Below, piece after piece: positions 1 through 12,043 of a stretch of DNA of 64,000 bases (the first letter of the stretch is position 1; every line of letters begins with the position of its first letter). The stretch is from positions 877,303 through 941,302 of the forward strand of contig MU057640.1 in NCBI GenBank assembly GCA_013265495.1. Reading direction: 5' to 3'. The position numbers and the translations under genes are program-made. This DNA comes from Vicugna vicugna (Eukaryota). A model generated the notes under the pieces. That model saw nothing but the letters and a program-made list of their open reading frames with translations. It was not told the origin of the DNA and ran no database searches.

Positions 1-539
1 ATGTGTGTATTTTATCAACTGGATTTATATTTACTACTCATGGCTAAGTGCTGTCTATGAGAATCCTGCATTTTATTTGAACAGATGTTTAGAGTTTATT
101 TGAACAGATCTTCAGATTAATTAATTAACTGATGAAGCAGTGCAGGGTTGAGCGTTTGCTATGTGCAAGGCAGAATTCTGGGCACAACTGAGAGATTAGC
201 CAAAGACCCTGCCTTCTTCTAAAAGAGTTTAGGGGATTACATAAGACAAGGACACAAATAACTCTGAAACAGGAAAACAGTAGAAAGGGACCTAGGGGAG
301 GAAAATATGAAATTTGGAGAAGACAAAGACAACTTCTGCTTGAGATGAACAAAAGGGGCTTTGGAAGAAGCTGGGTTTGCGTTGAGTCTTGAAGGACAGC
401 TGGATTTGCTATCTCCCGGCGCCTGGGACATAGTGTCTACTTCACTGATATGTGGTATAGGGAGACTACAGAAGCTGAAGTCAAGAATATGATAAAGCAT
501 CCTTTCTCCTTTGCTCAGTGTTGTCCTGAAGACCGACCC

Positions 540-1950
540 AAAACAGACAAGGGAAAGAAACAGACTATAAAACCTGAGAGCACAGAAGTTAAACCATCAT
601 TATTTAGAGATGATATGACTGTATACCTGGAAAACTATTATGAATAATAAAGTCAATTCGATGTCTAGGAGAAGTTCATATCTGGATATTAGTAGCCTTA
701 ATATTTGTAAATTATAACTAGTTGAAAAATCTCAAAGGAAGAAAAGACTATAAATATCTAGGAATAAATGTACCGAGAAATGTGCAGGACCTGTATCTAA
801 ACTTGAAAACACTCTTCAAGGGCATAAAGATTTTAAAGAAATAAAATGCATGTCCCATCTTTTGATGGGAAAACTCAGCATCTTAAAGATTTAATTGCTT
901 TTAGTTTAATATACATTTTGAATAATCTCAACAAAAATAGCAATTGAATTTTCCATGGAGTTGTAGACAAGACGATTTTAGAGTTCATATGGAAAACAAA
1001 ATAAGTACAAAGAAGACAAAGAAGACAAATGCAGGTAAGAATAGATATTAATTGTATTAATATACATATGCTTAGTACACGAAGAGACAGACCATGGGGC
1101 AGAACATAGACCAGAAACAGTCTCTCAGTATTTGATAAAGGTGACATTGCATATTAGTAAAGAAAAAAATGAATTATTCTCAAACAGGTATTCAACTGAA
1201 AAAAGAAAAGTTGTGGATCTCTATTTTTATACCTCACATCAATATAGATTCCAGATGAATCAAAGACGTAAATGTAATCACTAAACCACTACAATCCACA
1301 CAAAAACATCAGGAAAATTTCCTTATACAACTACAGAATGGAGAAGATCGCTTGGTGTGTGATCCTCAAAACAGAATCCATATAAAAAATAAATTTAAAG
1401 ATATAAAATAAAATAAAAGTCTGGACAGCAAAACCTACTATAAACAAAGTCAAATGAAAAATGACAAGTTTTCAACTCCATACTATAGAAAAAGGGCTAA
1501 TTTACTTTATACAGGAAAACCTACCTCAAGTCAGTAAGAAAAAAGACTAGAAATATAAATGCCCCTTAAGCATATGAAAAGACACTTACCCTCACTTTAA
1601 TAGGAAGAATGTAAGCTAAGAGCACAGCGACTTGACATTTTTCACCTATCATCTTGGCCAAGATTAGACAGTTTGATGACATCCTGGTTGAAAAGGATGT
1701 GGGAAACCATTTCTCAGACATGGCTTATGACAGTCTAAATCAGTGCATATTCTATGGAGAGCAAGTTGGCAATGTTTACCCAAATTTTAAATGTGCAGCC
1801 TTTGATCCATGCTTCAACTCTAAGAAATAATTCACTCCTTCAGATGTGAAATGACTTTCTTCAAGAAAATCCACTAAAGTGTTGCTGTTAAGACCAAAGA
1901 GTGAAACTAAATGTCCACCAATAGTGAACAAGGGAAATAAATTAGTTTGT
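540..1950 (+). mobile_element. Ancient, heavily decayed LINE-1 (L1M-type) fragment covering the 3' half of ORF2
   Basis: ORF 450..647 ends in EVKPSLFRDDMTVYLEN, matching the L1 reverse-transcriptase motif (K)LSLFADDMIVYLENP. Downstream A-rich sequence follows L1 ORF2 with many stops and frameshifts. Confidence 0.85.
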
Positions 1951-1959
1951 ATTAATAGG

Positions 1960-2180
1960 AACTTGTTCTAGTCGTCTCCTAGTCACTCAGCTGGAGAGGG
2001 AGGGATCCCCTGCCTCGTCCAGTAGGAGGCGGCAGAACACACACTGCCCTGCACCAGACAGATGAGACTGCTGGCAGTTTATCAGTCATGTATACGCACA
2101 GCCTGGGCGGAGGGGAGGACACAGCATGCCATGCAGGGCCATGTGGGAGTTGCCCTCCACAGCAGAATAAACTGGTCGAG
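1960..2180 (-). mobile_element. ERVL-class LTR fragment (MER74/MER54-like)
   Basis: The reverse complement reads ...ggccctgcatggcatgctgtgtcctcccc...aggctgtgcgtatacatgactgataaactgc, resembling the 3' part of MER74-group LTRs and the element near 30.1-30.2 kb. Confidence 0.5.
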
Positions 2181-2182
2181 TG

Positions 2183-2808
2183 AACGGACATTTCACAAAA
2201 GATAGATGAATGGCCAATAAATATTTGAAAAGGCAGTCAGTTACAGGGAAATACAAAGTAAAATCTCAATGAGATAATGACTATACACCACCAGAAATTT
2301 AAAATGAAAAGCTTGAGAGTATCAAGCATTGGCAAGGATGTTGCCAGTGAGTGTGCATAATGGACATTTTTAGAAAATTCTTTGACAGTTAAAATAGATA
2401 AATATGACTGACTCAACAATTCTACTCCTAGGTATTTATCCAAGAGAAATGAAAAATACATTCACAAAAAGCCTTGGACAAAAATCTTTACAGCCGTTTC
2501 TTCATAGCCAAATTCTAGAAATATTCCGTGTCCATCAGCAAGAGAATGGATAAACTGTGCTTTATTCATTCATACAATGGAACATTCCTTAGACGTAAAA
2601 AAGAATGAGGTATTGACATTTGCTGCAACATGGATGAATCTCAAAAATCTTATGCTAAGTGAAAGAAGCCAGACACAAGACAGTACATACAATATGATTC
2701 CATTCATACGAAGTTCTTGAATAGAAAAACTGATCATGCTAATAGAAATCACATCTGTGGTTGCTTCTAGGTGGGGAGTGAAATTTGGGGGGAAGGAGAA
2801 AGGGAGAA
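2183..2808 (+). mobile_element. Ancient L1M ORF2 end and 3' UTR fragment
   Basis: Typical L1M 3' phrases: gacatttcacaaaaga, caattctactcctaggtatttatccaagagaaatgaaaa, atggatgaatctcaaaaatcttatgctaagtgaaagaagccagacacaa. Confidence 0.85.
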
Positions 2809-2819
2809 CTATTTTAAAA

Positions 2820-3480
2820 AATTTTTATTGAAGTATCATTGATGTACAATATTATAAAAGTTATAGGTGTACAATATATTTATTCACAATTTTTAAAGGT
2901 TGCATTCCATTTATAGTTTTATAAAATATTGGCTATATCCTTTGTGCTGTAGATAATATTCTTGTAGCTTATTTTATACATAATATTTTATCCCTCTTTG
3001 TCCCCTACCCATTTATTGCCCCTTCCCACTTCCTTCTCCTGCTGGTAACCACTAATTTGTTCTCTATGTCTGTGAATCTGCTTCTTTTTTGTTATATTCT
3101 AGTTTGCTGTATTTTTTAGATTCCACATATAAGTGATACCATACAGTATTTGTCTTTCTCTGACTTATTTCACTTATTATGATAATCTCAGAGTCCATCC
3201 ATGTGGCTGCAAATGGCATTATTTCACCCATCTTTATGGCTGAGTAGTATTCCGTTGTATATATATACACCATATCTTCTTTACACATTCATCTTTGATA
3301 GATACTTAGGTTGCTTCCATATCTTGGCAATTGTAAACAATGCTGCAATGAACATTGGGGTGCCTGTATCTTTCCAAATTAGTGTTTTTGGGTTTTTTTG
3401 GATATATACCCAGGAGTAGAATTGCTGGATCATATGGGAGTTCTATTTTTAGTTTTTTGAGAAACTTACATACTGTTTTC
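2820..3480 (-). mobile_element. Younger 5'-truncated LINE-1 3' end (laurasiatherian/artiodactyl type)
   Basis: T-rich tail at the left end. Minus-strand ORF 3064..3288 (YTTEYYSAIKMGEIMPFAATWMDSEIIIISEISQ) is the L1 ORF2 C-terminus. Confidence 0.92.
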
Positions 3481-4550
3481 AAAGTCTCACTCCATCATGA
3501 CTTGAGGAGCATTATGTACCAGTTCCACGGTGTTTTGAAAATGGGCCTCATCTGTTGCTTTACTGTTTTTCTGTGCTGCCTCAGTGACCTTCAACAGGCA
3601 GAGAGATTGGGAATAATAACTGGGGACGAAAACACAATTTTCTTGTACCTGTCACATGATAATGACTTAGAACGAACTAAAATAGATGAATGGGGGAGGG
3701 TCTGATGGGAATATCTAGTAAGAAAACACCTGTTTGATCTAATTATATGCAGTGTTTTGTTTAGAGTTTCTCTTATTTTCTTTTTTTTCATTTTTTTTCT
3801 GGGTTTTTTTTGGTATCATTTTTAGTCTTTAAGAGGGGGGCAAAAGAAACTAACAAGAGAGAGTGTTTTTTTTTTTGTTATTGGCAAAGGATGAGTTAAA
3901 AAGGAGTTAAAATTCTGATAGATGCAGAATAACCACAAGAAAAATATCACCAGAGAAAAATCAGTATGCTCCAAGGATGAGAAAGAACATTTCATAGGAG
4001 ACTAAGAGCTGTCAGCAAAGTGATGTGTTCCGAAAATGTGACCCTGTTCTCAAGCCATCAGCCTGCGTCAAGGTTCCTGGTCCACGTGTTCCAGGACAGC
4101 TCTGGGCCTCTCTCCCCTGTTCAGGATGTGGTGAGTCTCTGAAATCCTAGTGGACCTTTACAAAGAAATCTCCGATGAGGATGAGTCCCTCCTTCCAGCG
4201 GAATGGGATGATTCACTTTTCTACCCTTAAGAAACTTTAAATCAGTAATATATTTCTTACATCAAGAAAGCGTTGGGTTCAGCCCATCCTGCAGAAGGAA
4301 TTCCTCAACAAACAAGTGGAGGGAGGCTGGTGAAGTGTGCAGAGCACTGTAGTTTTGGAAACACCCTGTAGAGGGCACTGTTAAAACAGTGTGACGACGA
4401 GAATGTCAGTAAACTGAGTACAGCCGGGAACCAGACAAAAGGTCTGTTTTATTACCAGGACCAACTCCTTTCCCTGCAGGCTGCACATAGGGATCATTCT
4501 AAGTATATGGGACTCCTCATCCAATTTTTTAAAATTACTTTGTTTTGAAT

Positions 4551-4663
4551 GGGGAGGTAATTAGGTTTATTTATTTTTTAATTTAATTTTTAATGGAGGT
4601 ACTGGGGATTGAACCCAGGACCTTGTGCATGCTAGGCACACACTCCAAACTATACCCTCCCCC
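4551..4663 (-). mobile_element. tRNA-Ala-derived SINE (camelid vic-1-like)
   Basis: The reverse complement reads gggggagggtatag...tgcctagcatgcacaaggtcctgggttcaatccccagtacctcca, followed by an A-rich tail and aaacctaattacctcccc. The B box (GGTTCAATCC) is intact and the A-box region is partly deleted. Confidence 0.9.
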
Positions 4664-5180
4664 ATCCTTGGCCATTTTTAATTCCACCATCCTTCTGGCT
4701 ATGGCTCAGCCTTCATTCTGTCGTCCCCGAGTCTCAGCTTCTCCGCTCTCCCTGGCAGTGGGAGATGCGGCTGTCACTCCTCCTCTGTGCCAGTCATCAG
4801 GCAAAGTGAAGTGTGGTGACATTCGACACATGGGTTCCAGCCACTGTGCCAGAAGAGAGAAGAGCAGGGCACCTGGCAGTCGGAGCTGAGCACACAGGGG
4901 TGTCAAATCTATGCTGGTGACTCGAATATAAATTTACTAACTACAAGGCTTGAAGCCCCAGCTGGGATTAACTTGATTCCATGCTGTCAGGGAAAACCAA
5001 TAAACTGGAGAAGGCAGTCTCCACATCTCCTGGGGTGAGGATCTCCGCCCACAGCCTCTTTTGCTCAGGATGGTCTAAACCGTGCTGCTCTGCAGCAGTG
5101 GGTCCAGCCGAGTCCCTGGGCTCGTGGCTCTTCGCCTTGGGTTCCTCTGGAATGAGCTACATAACACCAGGGTTTTAAAA

Positions 5181-5385
5181 ACAGACTGACACATACCGAG
5201 ATTTGCAGATACTAACTCCTATGTATAAAGTAGATAAACAACAAGGTCCTACTGTATAGCACTGGGAACTCTGTTCAGTATCTTTAGTAAGAGGAATATA
5301 TATATGTATAGGTAGGGCTGAAACAGTATGCTGTACAGCAGAAATTGACACAACATTGCAAACTGACTACACTTCAATAAAAAAT
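5181..5385 (+). mobile_element. LINE-1 3' UTR fragment
   Basis: gataaacaacaaggtcctactgtatagcac...tgctgtacagcagaaattgacacaacattgcaaactgactacacttcaataaaaaa; the same family is seen at 31.2 kb and 51.2 kb. Confidence 0.88.
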
Positions 5386-5402
5386 GGAAAAAACCCAGGT
5401 TG

Positions 5403-5648
5403 ACACATACATATGTATTTATATATACACATATCCATAGATACATGCACATCACTATGTACATGTATACACGTCTATATACAAACATACATGCATACAC
5501 ACAACACACATAACACACACATGTACATACCTACACACATGCACACATACACAAATACACACACATACACATATACACACCCATGTATACACAAGCATAC
5601 ATGTGTATACACACATACACTTCTGTGTGTGTGTGTGTGTGTACACAG
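5403..5648. repeat. Degenerate (CA/TA)n microsatellite followed by (TG)n
   Basis: Alternating purine-pyrimidine tract visible directly. Confidence 0.95.
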
Positions 5649-7595
5649 CTGGACATCTACGTACAACTACTTCAGGGTTAACAACAGAATGTACTTTGGG
5701 GCCTTAGGTGAAAATCACTGGAAAGTGACTAACACCTTGGGTACAAAGAAGTATCTGCTCCGTCTCTTGGTGACTTTCTGTTGTAGTCGCCATTTGGCCC
5801 TGTACCCATGTGCACCCAGTAAGTAGTACGGATGAGCTCAGGCCTGACATTTTCTTTTCAAACCCGCTATGGTGAAGCGATGAGGTCCTAAAAGAAAGTC
5901 AGTCTTAGAACAAGATTTTTACCACCCTCGCCCTTCACAACTTCAGAAAAGATAATCCACTCCGTCTTTCTAGCTCATCAGAAAGTTGGCCAGCTGTTCT
6001 CCATTCACCAACCATATTCCATCCTGGGTTTGTACCAAGAACCCCATTAGGTACCATGAGGTGACAGAGATGAGGAAGACGAGGCCCAAACCCTTGAAAC
6101 CCTTCAGTGCAGCCCAGAGCAGGACAAAGGCGTGCTGCGACGGTGCTAGTAGAGGAGACCTCCGGGAGCAGGGCGACAGGAACAGTGGACTGTGGGCAGG
6201 GAGCGAAGGAAGTGGATTTGAACACAGCCAGGTAGAATGAACAGAATTCCCTATGGCGGGGAAGGGAGAAAGGACAATTTGGCTGAAATGATGGCTGGGA
6301 AACAGTGGGTGTGAGAGACAAGCCCTGTCCACTGTGGCTTGTTTGCTAAGCTCGAGGGAGGACTCAGTGGTGGAGACTGACACGGGGAGGTCTGGGAGGA
6401 AGGCCATGCCAAGGGTTTGAACGGAATAACGGAGGGGGAGGAGTGGAAAGACTGGAGTCTGGGAGATGAATGCGAAGGAACCGGCCACAGCCTGGCCAGG
6501 GCAGACGGGGATGGGGCGGGTGTGAGCTACAGCCCAGGCAGGGGAGGAGACGGGTAGAAATGAGAGGCACAGTGGTCATCTGGGGAGAGCAGACATAGGA
6601 GGAAAATTCACCCCAACAGCTCCTCCCTATCTTCTCCCTTGAGATGCCGGCTCCCCGGAACCTGCAGAATGAAAGAACCTTCTGCATTGGAAAGAACCCA
6701 GATTCAAACCTTTCTCCCCTTTGTACACGTTTGGCAGCTGCAGACAGTTCACCCCAGCCATGAGGGTTTCACTGGTGGGAGCAGTGGCTTTTAATTAACT
6801 GGTGTGACGATCTGCTAAGATAGGTGCAAGCTGAACGTTTCCTTTACGACCTTCTACCAAGACTAATTTCTAATCAATGTATATCCCCCCACCACATGCC
6901 TGGCTTTCCACCTGCTTTTGCAGCAACAGAAGTAACCTCAAAGAAGTCAGCCCTCAAAGAGGGGGTCCTGTCAGTCCAAGAACTTTCAAAAGTCTGACCT
7001 TTACAAAGGGATTGACTCAGAAAGGACCAGTTCAAAGGGGCTTCCAGATACCTTCCACTGAAGTTGTGGAAAGGGATGGAGCTGAGGGTAAGAGGGCCTG
7101 CAGACGGGCTGAAGGGAACTTCACCACCTGCTGGGTTCGAAGTTAACGATGGCAGGGACGGCAGAATGAGAAAGGCCTGCATCGCTGGTGTCCTAAACGA
7201 GGGGTGGACAGGCAAGGGGACCTGGGGATGATACTGCCTTCTTGAGAGTGAATCCAAAGCGTGCCCAGGCTTCAATCGGGCACAATGCTCAGACTCAGAG
7301 ATCAGTCCAACCTTAGCCTCTCTGTGCCTGCAGAGTTCTTTGCAAGGAGTCACATCTCCTATTTCCTCATATTGTTTCCAGAGAGATTGATCTTCCTCGG
7401 ATTTCTCTGTCCCCTCTTTCTCAGGTGTGATTTTTCCACAGCAAAATGAACCTTTCATTCCTTTGTGAATGAGCAGTTCTAGCTGGCTCAATGGTGAAGA
7501 ATAAGCATGTTTAAATGCCAATTTTCATCATGCTTAATTTTTTCTTTTTGCAGCCAATCTGAGGAGTGACAGGAGAAACAACAGTTCTGACAAGG

Positions 7596-7972
7596 AGCAA
7601 CCAATAACTTTCAGCAAATCCATTAATTAGGGTCATGTTTACACTTCTTGTTGTCAACTGAACATCTGCCTAAATAGGTTTTCTTAGTGTATAAAGTCAT
7701 AACCATCTGTCCATAGGAGATAATATGCTACTTCAGTTTGACAAGGATGTGAGAACTGTAGGCTCGTGCTTCTGTAGGAAGAGGGCTTTGGCTGCATAAA
7801 GAGTTCTGGACGTGGAGTCAGAAGACCTGGGCTGAGTCTCCCCTTGGACACTTGGTAGCAGAGAGGTCTCGGGCAAGTGACCCTTGTTTCAGCATTTGTC
7901 ATAACTTATTTTCCAGGACGCAAGTGAGTGTATAACTTCTATGATACTGGGCACTGAGCCATTAAACAATAA
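7596..7972 (+). repeat. Local duplication, copy A (unique core plus MIR-like tail)
   Basis: Aligns with 10456-10830 at an offset of 2,860 bp; I count 5 mismatches in the first 118 bp. Confidence 0.95.
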
Positions 7973-9892
7973 CGTCCTTAGAAACTTTTGCAGAGTAGGA
8001 GTGGGGATTATAACTTCACTCTATTGCCAGGAAGCAGCATGGCATTCGTGCTTCTGCATAAGGGGCAATTTGTCAGCAGATTGGGTTCTAAGTCATAGAG
8101 GGCCCATCTCGACAATGAGCTTTCAACTCCACAGCAGAGAAAGAGAAAATGCAAACCCCATCTGGAGAACATGGGAGCCAAAGAAAATAGAGAGGGAGAG
8201 CATGCCGATTAAGCTGTCTGGAATCAGCCATCACTTTCCAGATCATTTGATAGAAAGCAATCTCCAGACGGTAGAGGAGGCAGAGAACATAAAGATCCCA
8301 CTGGACTAGAAGCAATTCCCAGAGCTGCTGATAAAGGATTAACACCACTTCCTTGGGAGGAAGATTTCAAAGACTGGTATCAGGAGACACTGTATAATCT
8401 TTCTAGTTTATTGTCTATACACTGGTTAAAATCCTTATTTCAAAATGTGGGTTGAGTGGCTTACCAGAGCCCTTTGCTGTCTATCTGCACAGCACCACCA
8501 TCTTTCTAGGGCTCCCCTAGCTACTGGCATTTATAAACATGTAAGCCAAGTGGACCTTATCTAAATCTTAGAATCAAGATTCAGGCACTCAGAGTGAGTA
8601 AAACCAGAGAAAGTGATTCCCTTCAAAACTTCTGTCTCTTAGCAAGACATTTTGGGCAGGGTGAGACACGCCCGTGACAAAATCAGGCTGATGCGCTACC
8701 TTCAAGGTGCCGTCCTTCTGCCAGCCCCTCTTGCCCATGCATCTTAGAACCCTCAGCCTTCTAAAGTGCCTGGCCCTCTTTCCCCCAAGACTCCCTCCTC
8801 ACTTCATGCTCTTTATCTCCTTGGCCAGCAACCCTCACTGCCATCCACCATTCTGTACTAGACTTGTCCCCTCTGCTCAACACGCAATCCTCTCTCCCCA
8901 GACTGTGACTTGATCTCCCTCCAGCTTGCAGTTTCATGTTTCCACTTTGACTTGGCAGACCCTGGCAGACCACTGGGGTTATCCCTTTTCCATCCCAACC
9001 AGACCAATACGACCTTCTTCTCTGCTTATTACCCCTGGGGCAGCCCCCTAGCTAACCTATCCTAGTATTGGAGGCTGTACCTAGTCAATTACCAAGTCCA
9101 TTTCCAGCAGTGGATCCCTTTCATTCAATAGGATTATGGAATGAATTTCAGTATTATTGTGCTACTGAAGAAGCCAAGACACCAGAATAATAGGAGACTT
9201 AAATGTAAGAATTGAGTTTTCTAGTATATTTTGAAGGACAATTCTTGACTTATAAAACTGTACATATATAATATTTATGTTATCCTACCAGCTAAAGAGA
9301 AAATTTGCCTCATGTCTTAAACTAGGGGAAGCACAGGCATGGCCAGAGCAGGTGGCCTTCGCTGCCTCTGTGTTCTGTCCTGTCTTCCACCCACTCGCCT
9401 AGTGACATGCTACAGACTTGGAAATCCCAACTCTGCTACAGTCACAGATTTAAGGCTTTCGGGCAATTTGGGCATTTCAGATGGTTTAAGGAACATTGTT
9501 GCCTGAAAAGGGTACCACATTGATTCTCTGTCCCAGTAACCCCAAAACCAATTGATGCTAATCTACTGGCACCCAGTCACCAAGCAGTGGAAAGGGTCAT
9601 TGAAGGCCAGGTATGTTTGATGGAAAAAAGTGACAAATGAAACTGTACTGCCATCAATCCATCCCTTGTGGATACCATAGCTCCAAGGTCTGCACCACAG
9701 CCAGGAGACTAGCAGTCTTTACTCTTACTGATGTTCTACAGGTTCCTCATTTTTTGCCTCATCTTGTCCATTTCAAGTCTGGAATGCATGAATGATCCGG
9801 AGCACAATGATCTCTAAAAAGAGCTAAATGTCTAAAAGTGCCCTATGTACCTTTGACGGTACCTTTACATCAGTTACAGTAATTTTTTTTTT

Positions 9893-10300
9893 AAACACAA
9901 ATGAGATCACTTCAGTCCTGCTTAAAATCTTTCAGTGTTTCCCCTGCACTTTGCATGAAATTCAGATCCCTCACTGTGGGCTATATATCTGCCCAGCCCC
10001 CCACCCCTGCAGGATCTGCCTCTCCTCTGCCTTTCTGGATGGATGCTCAGCAACCTCCAGCCACTCTTCACTCTGTTCCTTGGCATATCACTCATTTGGC
10101 CTCAGGGCCTTTGCACGTGCAACCCCGCTCCTACAATGGGCTTCCTCCAGATTTTTGCCTATCTGTCTCCTCAGGCCTATCTCAACAGTCACCTCCTCAT
10201 GGAAGCCTCGCCTGACCAATCTGCATAAAGAGGTCCCCTCCCCTGGTCACTTGATCTGTTATCCCCTTTTATTTTCCTCATTGTATTTATCCCTCTAGTT
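9893..10300 (+). mobile_element. L2 3' region, upstream part (interrupted)
   Basis: aaacacaaatgagatcac...cctgcttaaaatc...cctcagggcctttgcacgtgc...gaagcctcgcctgacc, characteristic of the L2 3' region. Confidence 0.8.
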
Positions 10301-10455
10301 GTAGCAACTCAATAGCATTTGAATTCATGAAATGAATTTGGCTAGTTCCCAGTGGTTTCTCTTGCCCCAGGAGTCTCATTTTACTTCTGGCTTTTTGGCC
10401 TGCTTTATGTGCTCTGCTCTCTGCCTTAACACACCAATCGCGAACTCTTATCACT

Positions 10456-10830
10456 AGCAACCAATAACTGTCAGCAAATCCATTAATTAGGGTCATGTTT
10501 ACACTGCTTGTTATCACCTAAACATCTGCCTAAATAGGTTTTCTTAGTGTATAAAGTCATAACCATCTGTCCACATGAGATAACGCACTCTAGTTAAGTT
10601 TTCAAGGATGTGAGAACTGCAGACTTATGTTTTCTGTTGGAAGAGGGCTTTGGTGCATGAAGAATGCTGGACGTGGAGCCAGAAGACCTGGGCAGACACT
10701 TGGTAGCAGAGAGGTCTCAGCAAGTAACCTCTGTTTCGGCATTTCTAAAAGAGAAATCATAACTACTTCCAGGATGTGAGTGAGCATACAGCATCTATGA
10801 CATTGGCCTTGAGTGATTAGGTGATAAATG
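10456..10830 (+). repeat. Local duplication, copy B, lying inside an L2
   Basis: Direct-repeat copy of 7596-7972. Confidence 0.95.
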
Positions 10831-10975
10831 ATTTCTCTATTTGCTTTGCTGTGTCTCTACTCACCACACCCTAAGCTCCACAAGAGCAAGGTCATGGTCT
10901 CTCTCTTCATAACTGTGTCCACGGTGTGGGGAACAGTGCCTGGTATATAGCTGGCGCTCACTGCATTTGTGACTA
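10831..10975 (+). mobile_element. L2 3' terminus (continuation of 9893-10300)
   Basis: taagctccacaagagcaagg...gaacagtgcctggtatatagctggcgctca matches the L2 terminal consensus. Confidence 0.8.
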
Positions 10976-11122
10976 CATTAGTGGCTGGTTGTCACAACTG
11001 TTCCAGGAGGTAAATACACCATCCCGACTTCACAGGTGAAGAGCGAGCCTGAGGCTATAAAAGGCTGACAGGGACGGCAAAGCTGAGACTTCACTTCGAT
11101 GTGCATGTTCTTTTTACCATGT

Positions 11123-11540
11123 TGTGATGGTTAATTCTACGGGTCAACTTGACTGGGCTACAGAGTGTCCAGGTGATATGTCAAACACTCTTCTGGGGTG
11201 TTTCTGGGAGGGCGCGTTTAGGTGAATCTAACATTTAAATCGATTGACTAAACAAAGCAGATGGCCTTTCTCTAATGTGAGTGGACCTCATCCAATCAGC
11301 TGAATAGAACAAAGAAGCTGGCCATTCCCTGAATAGGAGGGAACTGCTCCTCCCTGACTGCCTGCGAAATCGGACATTTCTTTTGCTGCCTTCAGACTTG
11401 AATGGAAGCATGGGCTCTTCCTGGGTCTTGAGCCTGCTGGTCGTTGGACTGGAGCTACACATCGCCCTCTTGGGCCTCCTGCTTGCTGGCTCACCCTGCA
11501 GATCGTAGGACTTGTCGGCCTTCACAGCTGCCCTCATAAT
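11123..11540 (+). mobile_element. MLT2-type ERVL solo LTR
   Basis: Starts tgtgatggttaatt...gtcaacttgactgggcta; contains ctcatccaatcagctgaa and gcagatcgtaggacttgtc. Confidence 0.85.
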
Positions 11541-11814
11541 GGATATCTTTGCCTTTTACAGGTCTGTTCCTGGGCCATCGACTGTTCATCTGAGATGACT
11601 AGTGGCTCCCGTCTCCCCTGACCCAAGACATCATTCCTCTTTGGAGACTCTGTTTGCTTGTAATGTGTCTGCCTGGGGAGGCTCCACTACATTTCCGAGA
11701 GTTTCCCGCTCTATATGCTTCTGAGTAGAATGGGCCACAAGAGACCTTCTTGTGTGAAATCTAGAGGGCAGAAGTGAGACAGCACCTTCACTAACATATC
11801 CTGTGTATCCATCG

Positions 11815-12043
11815 ATGGCAAGAAGAATCCTCCTCAGGCCTCGAGACTGATTTCCTTTTTTGCTACTAGCTGGAGAAAACTCTCTCCTTTTAAAGGGCGC
11901 ATGTGACTAGGTGAAGCCCACCCAAATAATCTCCCAGTCATAGAGTCTGAGCCATATGACATATCTGATCATAGAACTAAAGTCTATCACATTCATAGAC
12001 CCAGGGATTATGCAGAGCAGGCCTTAGAACTCTGTCGACCACA
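11815..12043 (-). mobile_element. MLT1 (MaLR) LTR fragment
   Basis: ttttaaagggcgcatgtgactaggtgaagcccacccaaataatctccc...ttagaactctgtcgaccaca. Confidence 0.65.

Noticed and set aside
72..109. 15-bp direct repeat tttatttgaacagat, two copies
   Set aside because: Only two units; an ordinary slippage duplication, not an array.
450..647. ORF with a reverse-transcriptase-like FRDDM motif
   Set aside because: It is a decayed L1 ORF2 relic with nearby stops, not a functional or novel reverse transcriptase.
4590..4663. tRNA-Ala-like sequence (also at ~19950-20021 and ~34259-34335)
   Set aside because: Mutated stems and A-rich tails, with TSDs on two copies, identify these as SINEs rather than tRNA genes.
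5249..5826. His/Thr- and Cys/Val-rich ORFs
   Set aside because: They are translations of (CA)n/(TG)n microsatellite.
6874..7521. Longest ORF (215 aa, minus strand)
   Set aside because: No ATG start, no recognisable domain, and a Ser/Pro/Leu-rich composition typical of random frames.
7536..7556. Strong splice-acceptor-like ttttttctttttgcag just upstream of duplication copy A
   Set aside because: I found no convincing paired donor or reading frame, and it cannot be called an exon without RNA data.
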